From: Isurus oxyrinchus
Lineage: Eukaryota
Assembly: GCA_026770705.1 (NCBI GenBank)
Contig: JANJGN010000052.1
Coordinates: 1,860,001 to 1,924,000 of the forward strand
Length of the DNA: 64,000 nucleotides
Direction: 5' to 3'
Every line of letters starts with the position of its first letter. Position 1 is the stretch's first letter. The notes under the pieces were generated by a model. It ran no database searches. It had not been told where the DNA came from and saw only the letters and a list, made by a program, of their open reading frames with translations. Made by a program: the position numbers and the translations under genes. Positions 36,694 to 49,929 of this stretch are shown here, one piece after another.

Positions 36694-37330
36694 GGGCTGA
36701 ATTTCCAGCCTGTCGAGCGGGTGGGCCTGACCCAATCTCCAGCGGGCGGGGAGCCAATCCCCACCGGAGAAGCGGGACCCGCCGCCATTTTAAGTGGGCG
36801 TGCCAATTAAGGCCCACCCAGCGTGATGTCCGGCGGGAAGGGCTATGCCCTTCCTGTGTGGGCCGGGGGTGGGGGGTGGGGGTGGGGACATTCCCCAAAT
36901 GCGTGAGTGCGCTCTGTCACACATGCGCATGATAAAGCCCACATCACCCTGAGGCTAAGTGCTGCCTCAGGGAGATCGCTGAAAGGTTTTCAAACAATCA
37001 AAATAGAAAAATAAAAAAATCCTCAACATGTCCCCCTCACATGACAATGTCACGCTAGATGGGACATGTTAATAAACTGCACCAAAACTTGAATAAACTC
37101 TTTTAAAACCGACATGAGTCCTCGTCCCGCCGGTGGATGAGGTTTCATGTTTTCTCTAGTTGTCGCTGGAGCTCCTGCCCTGCCCACCAGCCTTAAGGTT
37201 AGACCGGCAGGTCGGTTCATTGTTTAAATGTTCCTGTCAATGTCTTCAATTGGCCATTGACAGGTCGGCAGGCCCACAGCTGATTTCACTGCACCCCTGC
37301 CCCCTGCTCACCGACAGCGAAACTCTGCCC
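36694..37330. mobile_element. MITE / non-autonomous DNA transposon (PIF/Harbinger-like termini)
   Basis: Absent from paralogous introns (gaagacATTgtct). Imperfect TIRs GGGCTGAATTTC / GAAACTCTGCCC; ATT duplicated at both ends. Confidence 0.75.
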
Positions 37331-37719
37331 ATTGTCTAAAAGCAGTTCTGATCTCTGGAGAGCTGTCGGACAAGAGGTGAGGTCTCATTAACTCCTTTCT
37401 TTTTCACAGCTTGAGAGTGAGAAGCTGATGAAATATCTGCGAGTGGACAATGATCTTACTTCCTCCTGTCACTTCTCCAAGGTAATATCATCGTCAGCTC
37501 GGACAGATTTATGGTTAATAGTCTTTGTAAAAGATCATTCTTATTGAGCTGTGATTGGGAACCGATTCAGCAGTGAGCCAGTGTACAAACTCACACCAAG
37601 TCCCATTCACCCATCACCCCTGTGATCACTGATATACACTGACTCCCTGTCTGACAGCAACAGAAAATTAAAATCCAGGTCATCCTGTAGAAATCCCTCC
37701 AAAATTTTGCAACTCTCCC

Positions 37720-38125
37720 TATCCATGTTACCTCCTCCAGCCCATACCAACCTCCCTATCTCTGTAACATCTTCCAGCACATATATTACTCCCTACCTCT
37801 GTAACCTCGCCCTGCTCCTACAATCCTCCCTATCTCAGTAACCTCCTCCAGCCCCTACCACTCTCCCTAACTCTATAACCAACTCCAGCCCCTATATCCT
37901 TCGCTATCTCTGTTAATTTCTCCAGCCCCTACAAACCTCCCTTTCTCTGTAACCTCGTCCACCATTACAACCCTCCCTATTTCTGTAATCTCCTCCAGTA
38001 CCTACAACCCTCCGAGATCTCTGCACTCCTCCAATTCCAGCATCTTGACCATCCCCCGATTCCCAACATTCCATTATTGGCGGCCGTGCCTTCAGCTGCC
38101 TGGGCCCCGAGCTCTGGAATTCAAA
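37720..38125 (+). repeat. 37-bp L2-tail-derived minisatellite
   Basis: CCTACAACCCTCCCTATCTCTGTAACCTCCTCCAGCC repeats followed by L2 tail sequence. Confidence 0.8.
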
Positions 38126-39029
38126 ATCAAAATTCAGGGATGAATAAACTCCAATAGTCCATTCCCTGAGAGGCCATGATTACATCACAGCAGCATTCAG
38201 AATAGACAGAGGGTCCAGCCCTCACACTTCTTGCACAGTTTCACCATAATGAAATGAATTAACTGAAAGGTAAACCGTCAGTGTAGAGAGATGAGATATT
38301 TACACAGTTTCCCTGTGTATCTTGTAGACACTGTGTTGGGTGGAAGACTGGCTTCACTAAACAGGGTCCTGAGGACCATGAGCCAATGTAGAATGAAGTT
38401 GTCCACTCCTGTGTCCAGGATTCTCTTCCATCCATTGTGAAAACTTGGGGAGTTCCTTGTGTGTCCTGTAGATGGTCCACACTGCAGCCACTGTGCCCCA
38501 GTGATGGAAGGGGTGGATATCGAGTCTAGTGAAGCTACAAAACATCCAGAGTTAAATATTGATATTTCTCTCCCCAGTTGGACTGTCACAAGAGTGGAAA
38601 GGTGACACTCCACGAGAGGTGATAGCGCAGGAATATTCGTGTGTACAGATTCCATGTCATTACAGCTACCCATCGTGTCTGGAAAACCAACTGCAAATTG
38701 GAATCTGATTTAATGACAAAGTCTTGATAAGATTCTTTATAGCCTTTCACTCCAAGGATAATAATCGCGAGTTACCACTGTTCCAACATCGGACCCGGCT
38801 GTCTGGAGACCTGAAAGATGGTGACTGTTCCCTGATTATAAACAACATCAGACGGGAAGATGCAGGACCTCATTTTTTCAGCATAAAATTTGACAATGGT
38901 CCGAGCCATAACTATTACCCTGTAACCCAGCTTCACGTTTCTGGTAAGTGCTGTGTTATAATTACTCAACAATTCACATTCAACACTCAATGGGAATGAA
39001 CACAAACTCTGACGTTTACATAATAACAC

Positions 39030-39753
39030 TGTTATGACATGGCAGGTGATGTGTGCCAAGTGGAGAGAATCCACAAAGGGAACTTGGCCAAGCATAATTT
39101 CCAACTACACACCCCCTTGAAGGCAACAATCCCAATAAATCTTAAATGGAAATGGGAATCCGGCAAGGTTACTGCAGCACCCACTTGACAGTGTAATTCC
39201 AAAGTCTTTTAACACACCTTTAAGTACTGGAGCAGCAAAAGTGAACAGAAACGTTTTACCCAAGGCTGCTTCACCTACTGTACCTTTCAAGAAATTCATG
39301 TCCCCCTCCCACATAACATTCCATCCTTCTTTATGTTGGTTTCTCTCTCTCCAATGTATAAAATCCCATTGTTGCACCTTTCTTGGGAAATACACTTTTC
39401 CCAAAATATAAAAATCTTTCGTGTTGTCAATATGGCCCATTCCTTTTGGGAAGAATACACATAATAACCTTGCCCTGGTTATCTTGTTAATTATAAACAC
39501 CCAACTACCCTTTGACAATCAAACATTCTCTTTACTGATCTAAAATTTCATTTACAGCTTTTCTGTGGAACCCTCATCCTAGCTCGTCCATCCCCATTTC
39601 AGAAGTCTGCTTTGCACCAAACTCTATTGATAATTTTAACCTCATAGTTGATCTGACTCAAATTCAATTAAATCAGACCCACAGACGGAACCATCCACAT
39701 TCATTCCCATAAGCCGACAATATTATTCTGAAAAATATCATAGTTTCATCACA
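39030..39753. mobile_element. Solo LTR in the gene B V-C2 intron
   Basis: TGTTATGAC..TCATCACA termini with acac/acat flanks. Interrupts sequence that is contiguous downstream of the other V exons. Confidence 0.65.
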
Positions 39754-40504
39754 ACATAAAACACAGTTTAGTATAACGCAGAGTCTGATTCTCAATAACC
39801 TGGTGATAGCTTCCATTCAGTCCAAAAGCAACCTCTAATACTCACTTTAATATCAATGATTAAATGTATTGAATGTGTCCATCAATGTTATCAGGTCATC
39901 CACTCCCATCTATCTCTAATCTTAAGGCTGTGATTTCTATTTGAACTGATGCTTCACGTTATATTTCTCTAAAAGGATCCATTCTCTGTCTGTTAGATTT
40001 CACAGATAAACCCACGATATTCCCTGCTGAAATTATTGCAGGAAAGCGTGTGGATGTAAGCTGCACCTTCAACACAACGTGCAATGGAACAGCAGCACCT
40101 GTCTTAACCTGGGACACTCCCACTGACGTACCTGGATCAGTCTCAAACACTGTAACTCAGCATGATGTCACTCTGACCTATACTTCTGTTCTGACCCTGA
40201 TCCCATCACACAAACACCACGGACACACTCTCAGCTGCAGAGTGAGATATCCATCTGTTTCATCGGAGCGGACCCTCGTACTAACTGTGCAAGGTAAGAA
40301 CGGACACCCTTCATTATACATTCGCTGGAACAGTCTAGATGACGCACAGCCGGATCCCATAGAAAGGTATTCTGATGACAATCAGATAATCTGTTTTTTA
40401 AAGAAAATGGTGACCAGAATACAATTAATAACAGTTTCTGAACATTAACATAGGGGCTTTTATGTCCAGCCAAGGGGCTGATAGAGCAGAGCAGGAATCG
40501 CAAT

Positions 40505-41172
40505 GTACTCACCCCCTGACAGTGCAGCACTCCCTCAGTACTGACCCTCTGACAGTGCAGCACGCCCTCAATACTGAACCTCTGACAGTACAACACTCCC
40601 TCAGTACTGACCCTCCGACAGTGCAGCACTCCCTCAGTACTGACCCTCTGACAGTGCAGCGCTCTCTCAGTACTGACCCTCCAACAGTACAACACTCCGT
40701 CAGTACTGACCCTCCGACAGTGCGGCACACCCTCAGGACTGACCCACCGACAGTGCAGCACTCCATCAGTACTGACCCTCCAACAGTGCAACAATTCCTC
40801 AGTACTGTCCCTCTGACAGTGCAACACTCCCTCAAAACTGTCTCTCCGACAGATTAGCACTCCCTCAATACTGTCCCTCTAACAGTGTAGCACTCCCTCA
40901 GTACTGACCTTCCGAGAGCGCAGCACCCCCTCAATACTGACCCTCTGACAGTGTAGCACTCCCTCAGTACTGATCCTCCGAAAGTGCAGCACTCCCTCAG
41001 TACTGTCCCTCTGACAGTGTAGCACTCCCTCAGTACTGACCCTCCGACAGTGCAGCACTCCCTCAGTACTGTCCCTCTGACAGTGTAGCACTCCCTCAGT
41101 ACTGACCCTCTGACAGTGCAGCACTCGTTCAGTCCTGACCCTCTGACAGTGCAGCACTCCCTCAGTACTGAC
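40505..41172 (+). repeat. 33-bp minisatellite array
   Basis: About 20 tandem copies. Confidence 0.95.
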
Positions 41173-41411
41173 ACTGGGGAATTTCAGTCTACTCTGTGGG
41201 GCAGGCATCTCCTGAATGGGGTCTTGAACCCCAGAAAATTCTACAACATACTGACTCCCTGAGTTCGGGTGTGAAACCCACTGACCCACAGGAGAAACTC
41301 CTGGTTAATGACTGTCCATCAGTGAGCAGAAATATCACCACAGGGTCAGGACACAAAGCGTTAACAGTTCACCAACATCTCAAAACATGAGCTGCTCTGT
41401 CACTTTGATCC

Positions 41412-44400
41412 AACTTCCTCATTTTGTCTCACAGAGACACATCAACCCTTTCTCATTAAATACACAGAGGGAGCAGCACAGGAAGAGGTCATTCAGCCCA
41501 AGCAGAGCGTGTGGGCAGTTCCTCCCCAGGTGAGCAGTCAGACAGGTCCTGGGTAAGTAACGGAACGATTGGAATTCACTTCCACGACCAACACCGTCCT
41601 TTGTTGATGTTGTGACTTTATAAAGACAGATTCCAATGATTGATGCCTTTGAAAGATTTCTATGATTATTGAGATCTGGGTGTGAGGCTCAAGTCTGTTG
41701 TACAGAAAATCTTTCTAGCTCAAGGGATGAGGGAACTGTAGATACTTTGGGATGCCCTGATGTGGTGAATGGTGCTATAGAAATGCAAGTCCTTTGTTGT
41801 TTTTCATTCTTAAAGCCTTGTAACTCTCTGCAGAACACCTATCATCCCACAGAGAATCAAATTATTCTGTGAAGACATTGTCTAAGAGCATTTCTGATCT
41901 CTCGAGAGCTGGTGGACAAGAGGTGAGGTCTCATTAACTCCTTTCCCTTTCAGAGTTTCAGAGTGAGAAGCTGATGAAATATCTGGGAGTGGATAATGAT
42001 TGGAAAATCTTACTTCCTCCTGTCACTTCTCCAAGGTAATATCATCGACAGCTCGGTCAGATTTATGGTTAATAGCCTTTGTAAAAGATCATTCTTATTG
42101 AACTGTGATTGGGAACCGATTCAGCAGTGAGCCAGTGTACAAACTCACACCAAGTCCCATTCACCTATCAACCCTAAACTATCTGACTCCTGGTCCTACA
42201 ACATCTCAAACTTAAAATTCACATCTCTTTGTTCAAATGCATCCATTGCCTCACACTGCCTCCTTATCTCTGTAACCTCCTGCAACTCTCCCAACCAACG
42301 TCCCAGATCTCTGTGTTACTCCAATTCCGGCCACTTGACAATCCCCCGATTCCCATCACTCCAATACTGGCGGCCGGGCCTTCAGCTGCCTGGGGCCTGA
42401 GCTCTGGAATTCACTCCCTAAAGCTCGGGATGTAGGAGATCAGAGGGTTTCATTTTACTGAAAATCACCACGACCACATCACAGCTGCAGTCAGAATAGA
42501 CAGAGAGTCCAGCCCTCGCACTTCCTGCACAGTTTCACCATAGCAACCACAATAAGGAAGTAAAATAACTGAAAGTTAAACCGAAGCTCAACCAGTCAGT
42601 GTAGAGAGATGAGATATTTACACAGTTTCCCTGTGTGTCTTGTAGACACTGTGTTGGGTGGAAGACTGGCTTCACTAAACAGGGTCCTGAGGACCATGAG
42701 CCAATGTAGAATGAACTTGTCCATTCCTGTGTCCAGGATTCTCTTCTATCCATTGTGAAACACTGGGGAGATCCCTGTGTGTCCTGTAGATGGTCCACAC
42801 TGCAGCCACTGTGCCCCAGTGATGGAGGGGGTGGATATCGAGTCTAGTGGATCTACAAACCATCCAGAGTTAAATATTGATACTTCTCTCCCCAGTTGGA
42901 CTGTCACAAGAGTGGAAAGGTGACAGTCCCCGAGAGGTGACAGCGCAGGAAGGTTCGTGTGTACAGATTCCATGTCATTACAGTTATCCAGCACATTTGG
43001 AAAATCAACCGCGAGGTGAAGTCTGGTTTAATAATGAGAATCAGATTCCCTGGGCTCCCATTGCCTTTCACTCCAAGGATCACAGTCACGAGTTACCATG
43101 GTTCCACCATCGGACCCGGCTGTCTGGAGACCTGAAAGATGGCGACTGTTCCCTGATTATAAACAACATCAGATGGGAAGATGCAGGACCTTATTTTTTC
43201 AGAATAAAATTTGACAATGGTCGAGCCATAACTATTACCCTGTAACCCAGCTTCATGTTTCTGGTAAGTGCTGTGTTATAATTACTCAACAATTCACATT
43301 CAACACTCAATGGGAAATAACACAAAGTGTGACGTTTACATATTAACACAAAACACAGCTTATTATAACACACTGTCTGATTCTCAATAACCTGGTGATA
43401 GCTTCCAGTTCAGTCCGAAAGCAACGTCTAATACTCACTTTAATATCAATGATGAAAAGCATTAACTGTATTATCAGGTTATCCACTCCCATCAATCTCT
43501 CCTGTCCTGTTTAAAAGTCTGACGTATCGATAAAAGAAAGATGTGCATTTCTGCAGCGCAATTTACCACCTCAGGAGGATCCAAATCCATTCACAGCCAA
43601 TGAAATTATTCCTGAATTGTAGTCACAGATGTTAAACACAGCAGGCAGTTTGTGCACAGCAAGATCCAACAAACCACAAGGTGATAAATCACCCAGATCA
43701 CTGAGGAAATTAGAAGCCAGTGAACTCAAACCTCTGGTCTGATGAAGAGTCATACGGACTCGAAACGTTAACCCTGTCTTCCTCTCCACTGATACTGTCA
43801 GACCTGCTGAGTCTTTCCAGCAATTTTTGTTTTTGTTTCAGATTTCCAGCATCCGCAGTATTCTGCTTTTAACTCCAATCTCTGGTCTGAGCCTCTTCTC
43901 TCATCCAGTGTTCTCAATTCACATGTCTCGGAGTGAACGTGTATTAAGCTGAGAGACAGAAACACTACTGCCAAAGAGCAAGAAAATCTTTCCTGATCAT
44001 TGTAACCTCTCAGTTCTGATATCATCCTTGTAAAAGTGCTTTCTCTTGTGGGACTGTGATATCTATTTGAACTGATGCTTCACGTTATATTTCTCTAAAA
44101 GGATCCATTCTCTGTCTGTTAGATTTCACAGATAAACCCACGATATTCCCTGCTGAAATTATTGCAGGAAAGCGTATGGATGTAAGCTGCACCTTCAACA
44201 CAACGTGCAATGGAACAGCAGCACCTGTCTTAACCTGGGACACTCCCACTGACGTACCTGGATCAGTCTCATACACTGTAACTCAGCATGGTGTCACTCT
44301 GACCTATACTTGTGTTCTGACCCTGATCCCATCACTCAAACACCACGGACACACTCTCAGCTGCAGAGTGAGATATCCATCTGTTTCATCGGAGCGGACC

Positions 44401-46701
44401 CTCGTACTAACTGTGCAAGGTAATTACATACACCTTTCATTCTACATCAGCACTCCCTCAGCGCTGACCCTCTGACAGTGCAGCCCGTTCTCAGTATCCA
44501 CATTCTAAGGCCTCTCTAAGTGCTTCAAAGTCGATAGAAGTTAATTGATCTTTATTTGATTATTGCTGAATGAAGAGACAAGCTGTCTAAACTTTACATC
44601 TCGCACACACCATTCTCCATGGCAACACCTCCACCTATCAGAGACCACTTGCCAACCAATCAGCACTCTCTTCCCATTAAGTATAAATTGTTGTTCATTT
44701 TCTGTTGGTAATCCTGTGAACGGGCTTCTTGATTCCTGCCCTGACATCTTAATGTCCCAATGAACAGAACAACTTCCAACAATGAGCTGTGGTTGGTGAT
44801 TCCTCACATTACATCCAGGGACACTGGAGACTATCAGTGTGTGGCAGAGAATGAACATGGAGCAGTGGAGGGATTCATAACCATCACTGTGGAACGTGAG
44901 TGTACACAGACTTCAACATCTCTCTCAGATTCGAACACGACACAAACAACCTCAAACATACACATCTAAGTAGACACATGCAGACACACATATATGAGCA
45001 CACAGAAAGACACACTCACACACAAACACACTAACACACACTCCCCTGTGGGCTACCTGACCTCCCTCAGTACTGCCCTGGAGAGTTGGCCTGAATTCTG
45101 GGATTTGTGTTCCCATTCATATTTATGCAAGAATATGGAAATTACAAAGTCTATTACAGACAGTCAGATGCATAGAGACACTCACAGATACTCTCTGCCT
45201 CTCCAACTCTCTCTCTCCCTTTAAGAAGCTTCCTGAAAGCTCACCCTTCGAACAATCACCGGTCCCAAATCCTCCTTATCTGATTTGTGTGATTTTCTTT
45301 GTGTATTTGAGAGTAAGAGAGGTGGAGAGGTTTAGGAGGAGAATTCCTGTTGGTGAAAAGCTTACATCATGTTCTCACCTTTCCAGTGCCCATATTTCAC
45401 ATGATGTCCAATGTCCTTGTTCATAATGGGAATTGCCTATGTAAACATCACGCTGTAGTTACAGTCTCCTACCAGTGGTGGCATTGTAGCACTTAATCCT
45501 TGTGTTTCCCAGCTTTTCAAGCAACTCCACTTCCCAGTTTGCTCCACAAGCTGTGAGTTCATTGGAATTCAATTATTTCTCAAACGGTAGATTTGATGTC
45601 ATTTTATTGAAATGCCTCCCTGAAGGGTTTACACTCTCTGGGAAGCAGGAATAGGCTGGATGTTGGGGAGTTCATCTTTTCCCAGAGAGCAGTGATCCTC
45701 GGGAATGTGCTGTCAGTGGGTGTGGTGGTTCCTGTTTCTCTGTCGCCTTCAAGAGGGATCTGGAGTCGTTACTGACTGGGGGAGAGATCATGGAAACGGA
45801 GAATGATACAGCACAGGAGGAGGCCATTCAGTCCATTGTGCCTGTGCCAGGTCTTTCAATGTTCTATCCAATCAGATCCACTAACCACAATTCCAATTTG
45901 TCGCCATCTTCCTCCTTTAAGTATTTATCCAATTTCCCTTTTGAAAGTTCCTATTGAATCTGCTTCCACCGCCCTTTCAGGCAGCACCTTCCAGATCACA
46001 ACAACTCGCTCTGTCAAAACAAATTCTCCTCATCTCCCCCTCCGGTTCGTCAATCTGTGTCCCTCTGGTTACCGAGCCTCCTGCCCCTTAAGTACATTGA
46101 TACTGTTCACCTCAACCACTCCCTGTGGGAGCGAGTTCCACATTCTCCCCTCTCTCTGGGTAAAGATTGGAACTGTTTATTAAGCGGGGGGTGTAAGTCC
46201 TTGGGGGAGTCCATCTCGATCCTGCCCGATTCGCACACGCGTCCGAGATGGATTTCCACCCTGCACAAAACGTTTCCAGAATTTTCTACAGCACAATCCT
46301 GTACACAGCGATTGGGAGAAACATTGGACAGGGAGTCCAACAGCACAATGATCCATTCTCACCAATGTTCCACGCTAAGGGGAAAGTTCCGATTGTCCAC
46401 TCTTAGAGTGTTTACAATGAAAACATTCATTCCACATTGAATCCCAGTGGATGGGTCAATATTACAGCAAATGTTGCAGTGATATGAAGCTTGATTGTTC
46501 AGCCAGAGTAAGAGATTGAAAGCGGAGAGTCAGTGATGATTTCTTTCTGTGTGTTCTCTAGACAGTGGAGGAGAGATTCTGCACGTGATCCTGATCCTGG
46601 GAATACGAGCTGTGATATTCCTTGTGGCTGTGGTTATCACTATCGCTGGAGTCTGTGTCTGGGAGAGACAAACAGTGAAAGGAAGTCGACAGACTGTTTG
46701 A
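41412..46701 (+). pseudogene. Siglec-like gene C (probable pseudogene): exon 0 ends 41552, leader 41996-42035, V 42896-43263, C2-1 44123-44419, C2-2 remnant 44743-44895, TM 46562-46701
   Basis: V exon is 368 nt (1-nt deletion, aatggtCgag vs aatggtCCgag, near 43222). The 5' half and acceptor of C2-2 are replaced by foreign sequence. Leader, C2-1 and TM exons are intact. Confidence 0.8.
43736..43773 (+). ncRNA. Minimal type-I hammerhead ribozyme motif within a Penelope-like fragment
   Basis: GGT-CTGATGA-A-GAGTC(ATACG)GACTC-GAAAC-GTTA-ACC: canonical core boxes, 5-bp stem II, short stem I. Confidence 0.6.
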
Positions 46702-48116
46702 AGCTTTGTACAGCAACATGCTGGTCAGTCAGTGCGGACAAATAACGTGTGATGTTGGGTTAAGTTGTAATGAAACTGGTCAGTGTCCTGGTTAGAATCA
46801 CCTTCGTATCAGAGAGGCATTCCAGCACAGTGGGAGCCCATTCAGCCCATTGAGTCCATGCTGTCTCTCTGTAGAGCAATACAGTCAGTCCCATTTCCCC
46901 CGCTCTATCCCCGTATCCCTGCAAGTTTATTTCCCCTCAAGTGTCCAACCAATTTCCTTTTGAAATCGTTCGTCTCCGCTTCCACCATCCTCGTAGGCAG
47001 CGAGTTCCAGCTCATTACCAATCGCTGTGTAAAAAAGTTCCTCCTCACATCCCCCCTCTGCCCAAAACCTTCAATCTGTGTCCCCCAGTCCTTGTCCCAT
47101 CAGCTAATGGCAACAGCTTCTCTTTGTCTGCCTTATCTAAACCCATCATCATCTTGTACACCTCGATCAGATCCCCCCTCAATCTCCTTTGCTCCAAGGA
47201 GAACAACACCAGCTTCTCCAACCCAACCTTGTAGCTAAAATCCCTCATCCCTGGACCCATTCTGCTCAATCTCCTCCCCACCCTCTCAAGGACCCTCACT
47301 TCCTTCCCAAAGTGAGGAGACCAGAACTGGACACAATACTCTAGTTTTGACCTAACCAGAGCTTTATAAATGTTCAGCATAACCTCCCTGTGTTTATTCT
47401 CAATCCCTCGATTTATGAAAAGCTTATTCTTTCCATCAGCACAAACAGCAATTTCCAAGCGGACTCCCATCAGCAGACAGAGTGCAATGAAACATCGGCA
47501 TGCCTGCTTCTTAATGTACGGAGAGAAACCTGCAACGAGAGATTCTCCTTCTTCTCCTCAGCAAGCTGAAACTTTTCCTTATACCTGGTGCTCCCAAGTC
47601 CTGCTGTGTGGACACATCATAACCACGGCATTGTCTGGCTGTGTGCAGCCAACATGGTCGAATAGGAATGAACAGAAATGTGACGTTGCTAAACTCTGTT
47701 CTCTGATTGGAATGTGCTTTCTGAATGCTGCACCTTTTTCATGCTGCAATAGATTGTAAGAAGCATTTGGGTTATGAATAAAATTACATTGATTAACACA
47801 AGTGATTAAAATGCTCAGCCTGTTCTGTAGATATTTAAAGATTAAAATTCTTGTTTTGCTGCAAAATACTTGGCTCAAAGACATTAGTTCATATTGTCAT
47901 GTTTTTCAATCAGATGAATTCCTCTGTCCATCTTTATAATAGAAATTTCCAATGTAAACATGTCACATTGTAGCTGCACACACTTGCCAGTGGCTGGTGT
48001 GATATCAAAGCTGTCTTGCTGTCGAGAAACAGCGAGAAATATTCCTGTTGTGTGCATGAACTTCATGTTAGCATGAGACACAGGCATCAGATACAATTTT
48101 GTGCAATTTGTTCTTT

Positions 48117-48665
48117 AGACAGCGGAGCATTCCCTCAGTACTGACCCTCCAACAGTGCAGCACTCCCTCAGTTCAGACCCTCCTACAGTGCAGCACTCCC
48201 TCAGATCAGACCCTCCGACTGTGCAGCACTCCCTCAGTTCAAACCCTCCGACAGTGCAGCACTCCCTCAGTTCAGACCCTCCGACTGTGCAGCACTCCCT
48301 CAGTTCAAACCCTCAGACAGTGCAGCACTCCCTCAGTTCAGAACCTCCGACAGTGCAGCACTCTCTCATTTCAGACCCTCCGATAGTGCAGCCCTCCCTC
48401 ATTTCAGACCCTCCGACAGTGCAGCACTCCCTCAGTTCAGGCCTCCGACAGTGCAGCACTCCTTCAGTTTCTACCCTCCGACAGTGCAGCACTCCCTCAG
48501 TTCAAACCATCCGACAGTGCAGCACTCCCTCAGTTCAAACCCTCCGACAGTGCAGCTCTCCCTCAGTTCAGAGCCTCCGACCGTGCAGCATTCCCTGAGT
48601 TCAGACCCTCCGACAGTGCAGCACTCCCTCAGTACTGAACCTCTGACAGTGCAGCACTCCCTCAG
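48117..48665 (+). repeat. 33-bp minisatellite array
   Basis: Tandem copies, at the position equivalent to 35093-36030 in the duplicated block. Confidence 0.95.
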
Positions 48666-49929
48666 TTCTTCTCCGCCGATGCTGCCAGACCTGCTGAGTT
48701 TTTCCAGGTATTTCTGTTTCTGTTTCTGTTTTGGATTTCCAGCATCCGCAGTTTTTTTGCTTTTAGTGCTGGGCAGTTGCTCAGCAAGGATTCGGGCCAC
48801 AAAACATTGCGAGTGCTGTGGGTCTGCGCCACGATTTAGAGAGCTGTGCTTGGCATGCCTATTCTAGTCCCAGTCCAGTGTGGTGGGGACAGCCTGGCAG
48901 TCCTGGGTTGGTGGTGCCCAGCATGGTGTGCAGGACGTGGTCAGTCCCTCACACACGTCGGTCCTGGGGGTGGGGGCTTGATACTAGGCCGCAGGTGGCA
49001 CAATCCCTGTCAGGGGAGGCATCTGCAGCCTGTCAGTGGGGACCAGGTAATATAGAGAGTAGGGGTGGGGGTGGGAATCGAGGGGGGCCAGTGGTCTCTG
49101 TAAGTCACAGTACAATGGGCCTCTAGTTGGAGAGACGTCAGGTCTACATGGGGCATTGGGATGTCAACATGAGACAGTCTAGGGAGGAGGACTGGGATGT
49201 CAACCCCGAACACAATAAGATCAAGGATTAGAGAGGAAGGGAGGAGACTGATTGGAAGGAGGGGAATGTGCACATTATGCTCCTCCAGCACGATGGGAGG
49301 GACTGTGATGGTTACAGGGGTGGGGGGGGGGGGTGACGTGTGAGGGGATAGACGCTTACCTGGTGGTATTGCCTCAGCCTCACCCTTTTTCAAGCTGATC
49401 CAATGTCGCAGTTGAAGAATAAGCTACAAAACAAATTGGCAGGGGAGGTCTCCCAGGGCCTGTGGGAGACATCACCCACTGCACTCGTAGGCCTGTTTGA
49501 AGGGGCACCCGAACAATTCCGGCTTTTCCAAATGATGAGGAAGACACAGCTGCACCCCGAGTCCCCTACTGGGGATCCAGAAGGTTGCAATAGCGCTGCG
49601 AGGGACTCATGGGTTCCACAGTGACTCCCTAATTAGCGACTGGAAGGTTTATGTTCATTTATCTTTATTATCCGTTCATATTGAGCCATGGAGCTCCTGA
49701 TTTGTCACCTTTCTGTACCTCGTCCAATGCTTCTGTTATCAGGACTTCCACATCGATGTGAAAGAGCCATGATGATAGCAGACAGTCGCACCATGGGAAT
49801 GGCACTAGGCCAGTGATCCAGAGGCCCAGGTAAATGCTTTGAAGGCACGGGTTCAAATCCCACCACGGCAGCTGGAGGAATTTCAATTCGATTAATCAAT
49901 AAATTTAATTGATTGATACATTTTTTTCT

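Larger units (their letters stand above)
36220..40293 (+). pseudogene. Siglec-like gene B (pseudogene): exon 0 ends 36359, leader 37450-37481, V 38578-38943, C2 39997-40293; no C2-2 or TM exon
   Basis: 8-nt deletion in the leader (32 vs 40 nt). In-frame TGA at 38706-38708 replaces the V-domain Trp. Arg->Ser (HFFSIK). The next promoter follows without a TM exon. Confidence 0.85.

Noticed and set aside
33669-48120. ITIM-bearing cytoplasmic exons for an inhibitory isoform
   Set aside because: The TM exon contains the stop, and no Tyr-motif exon was recognised downstream.
48770-49640. Possible Harbinger/Myb-like transposon remnant
   Set aside because: Similarity too faint to support without a search.
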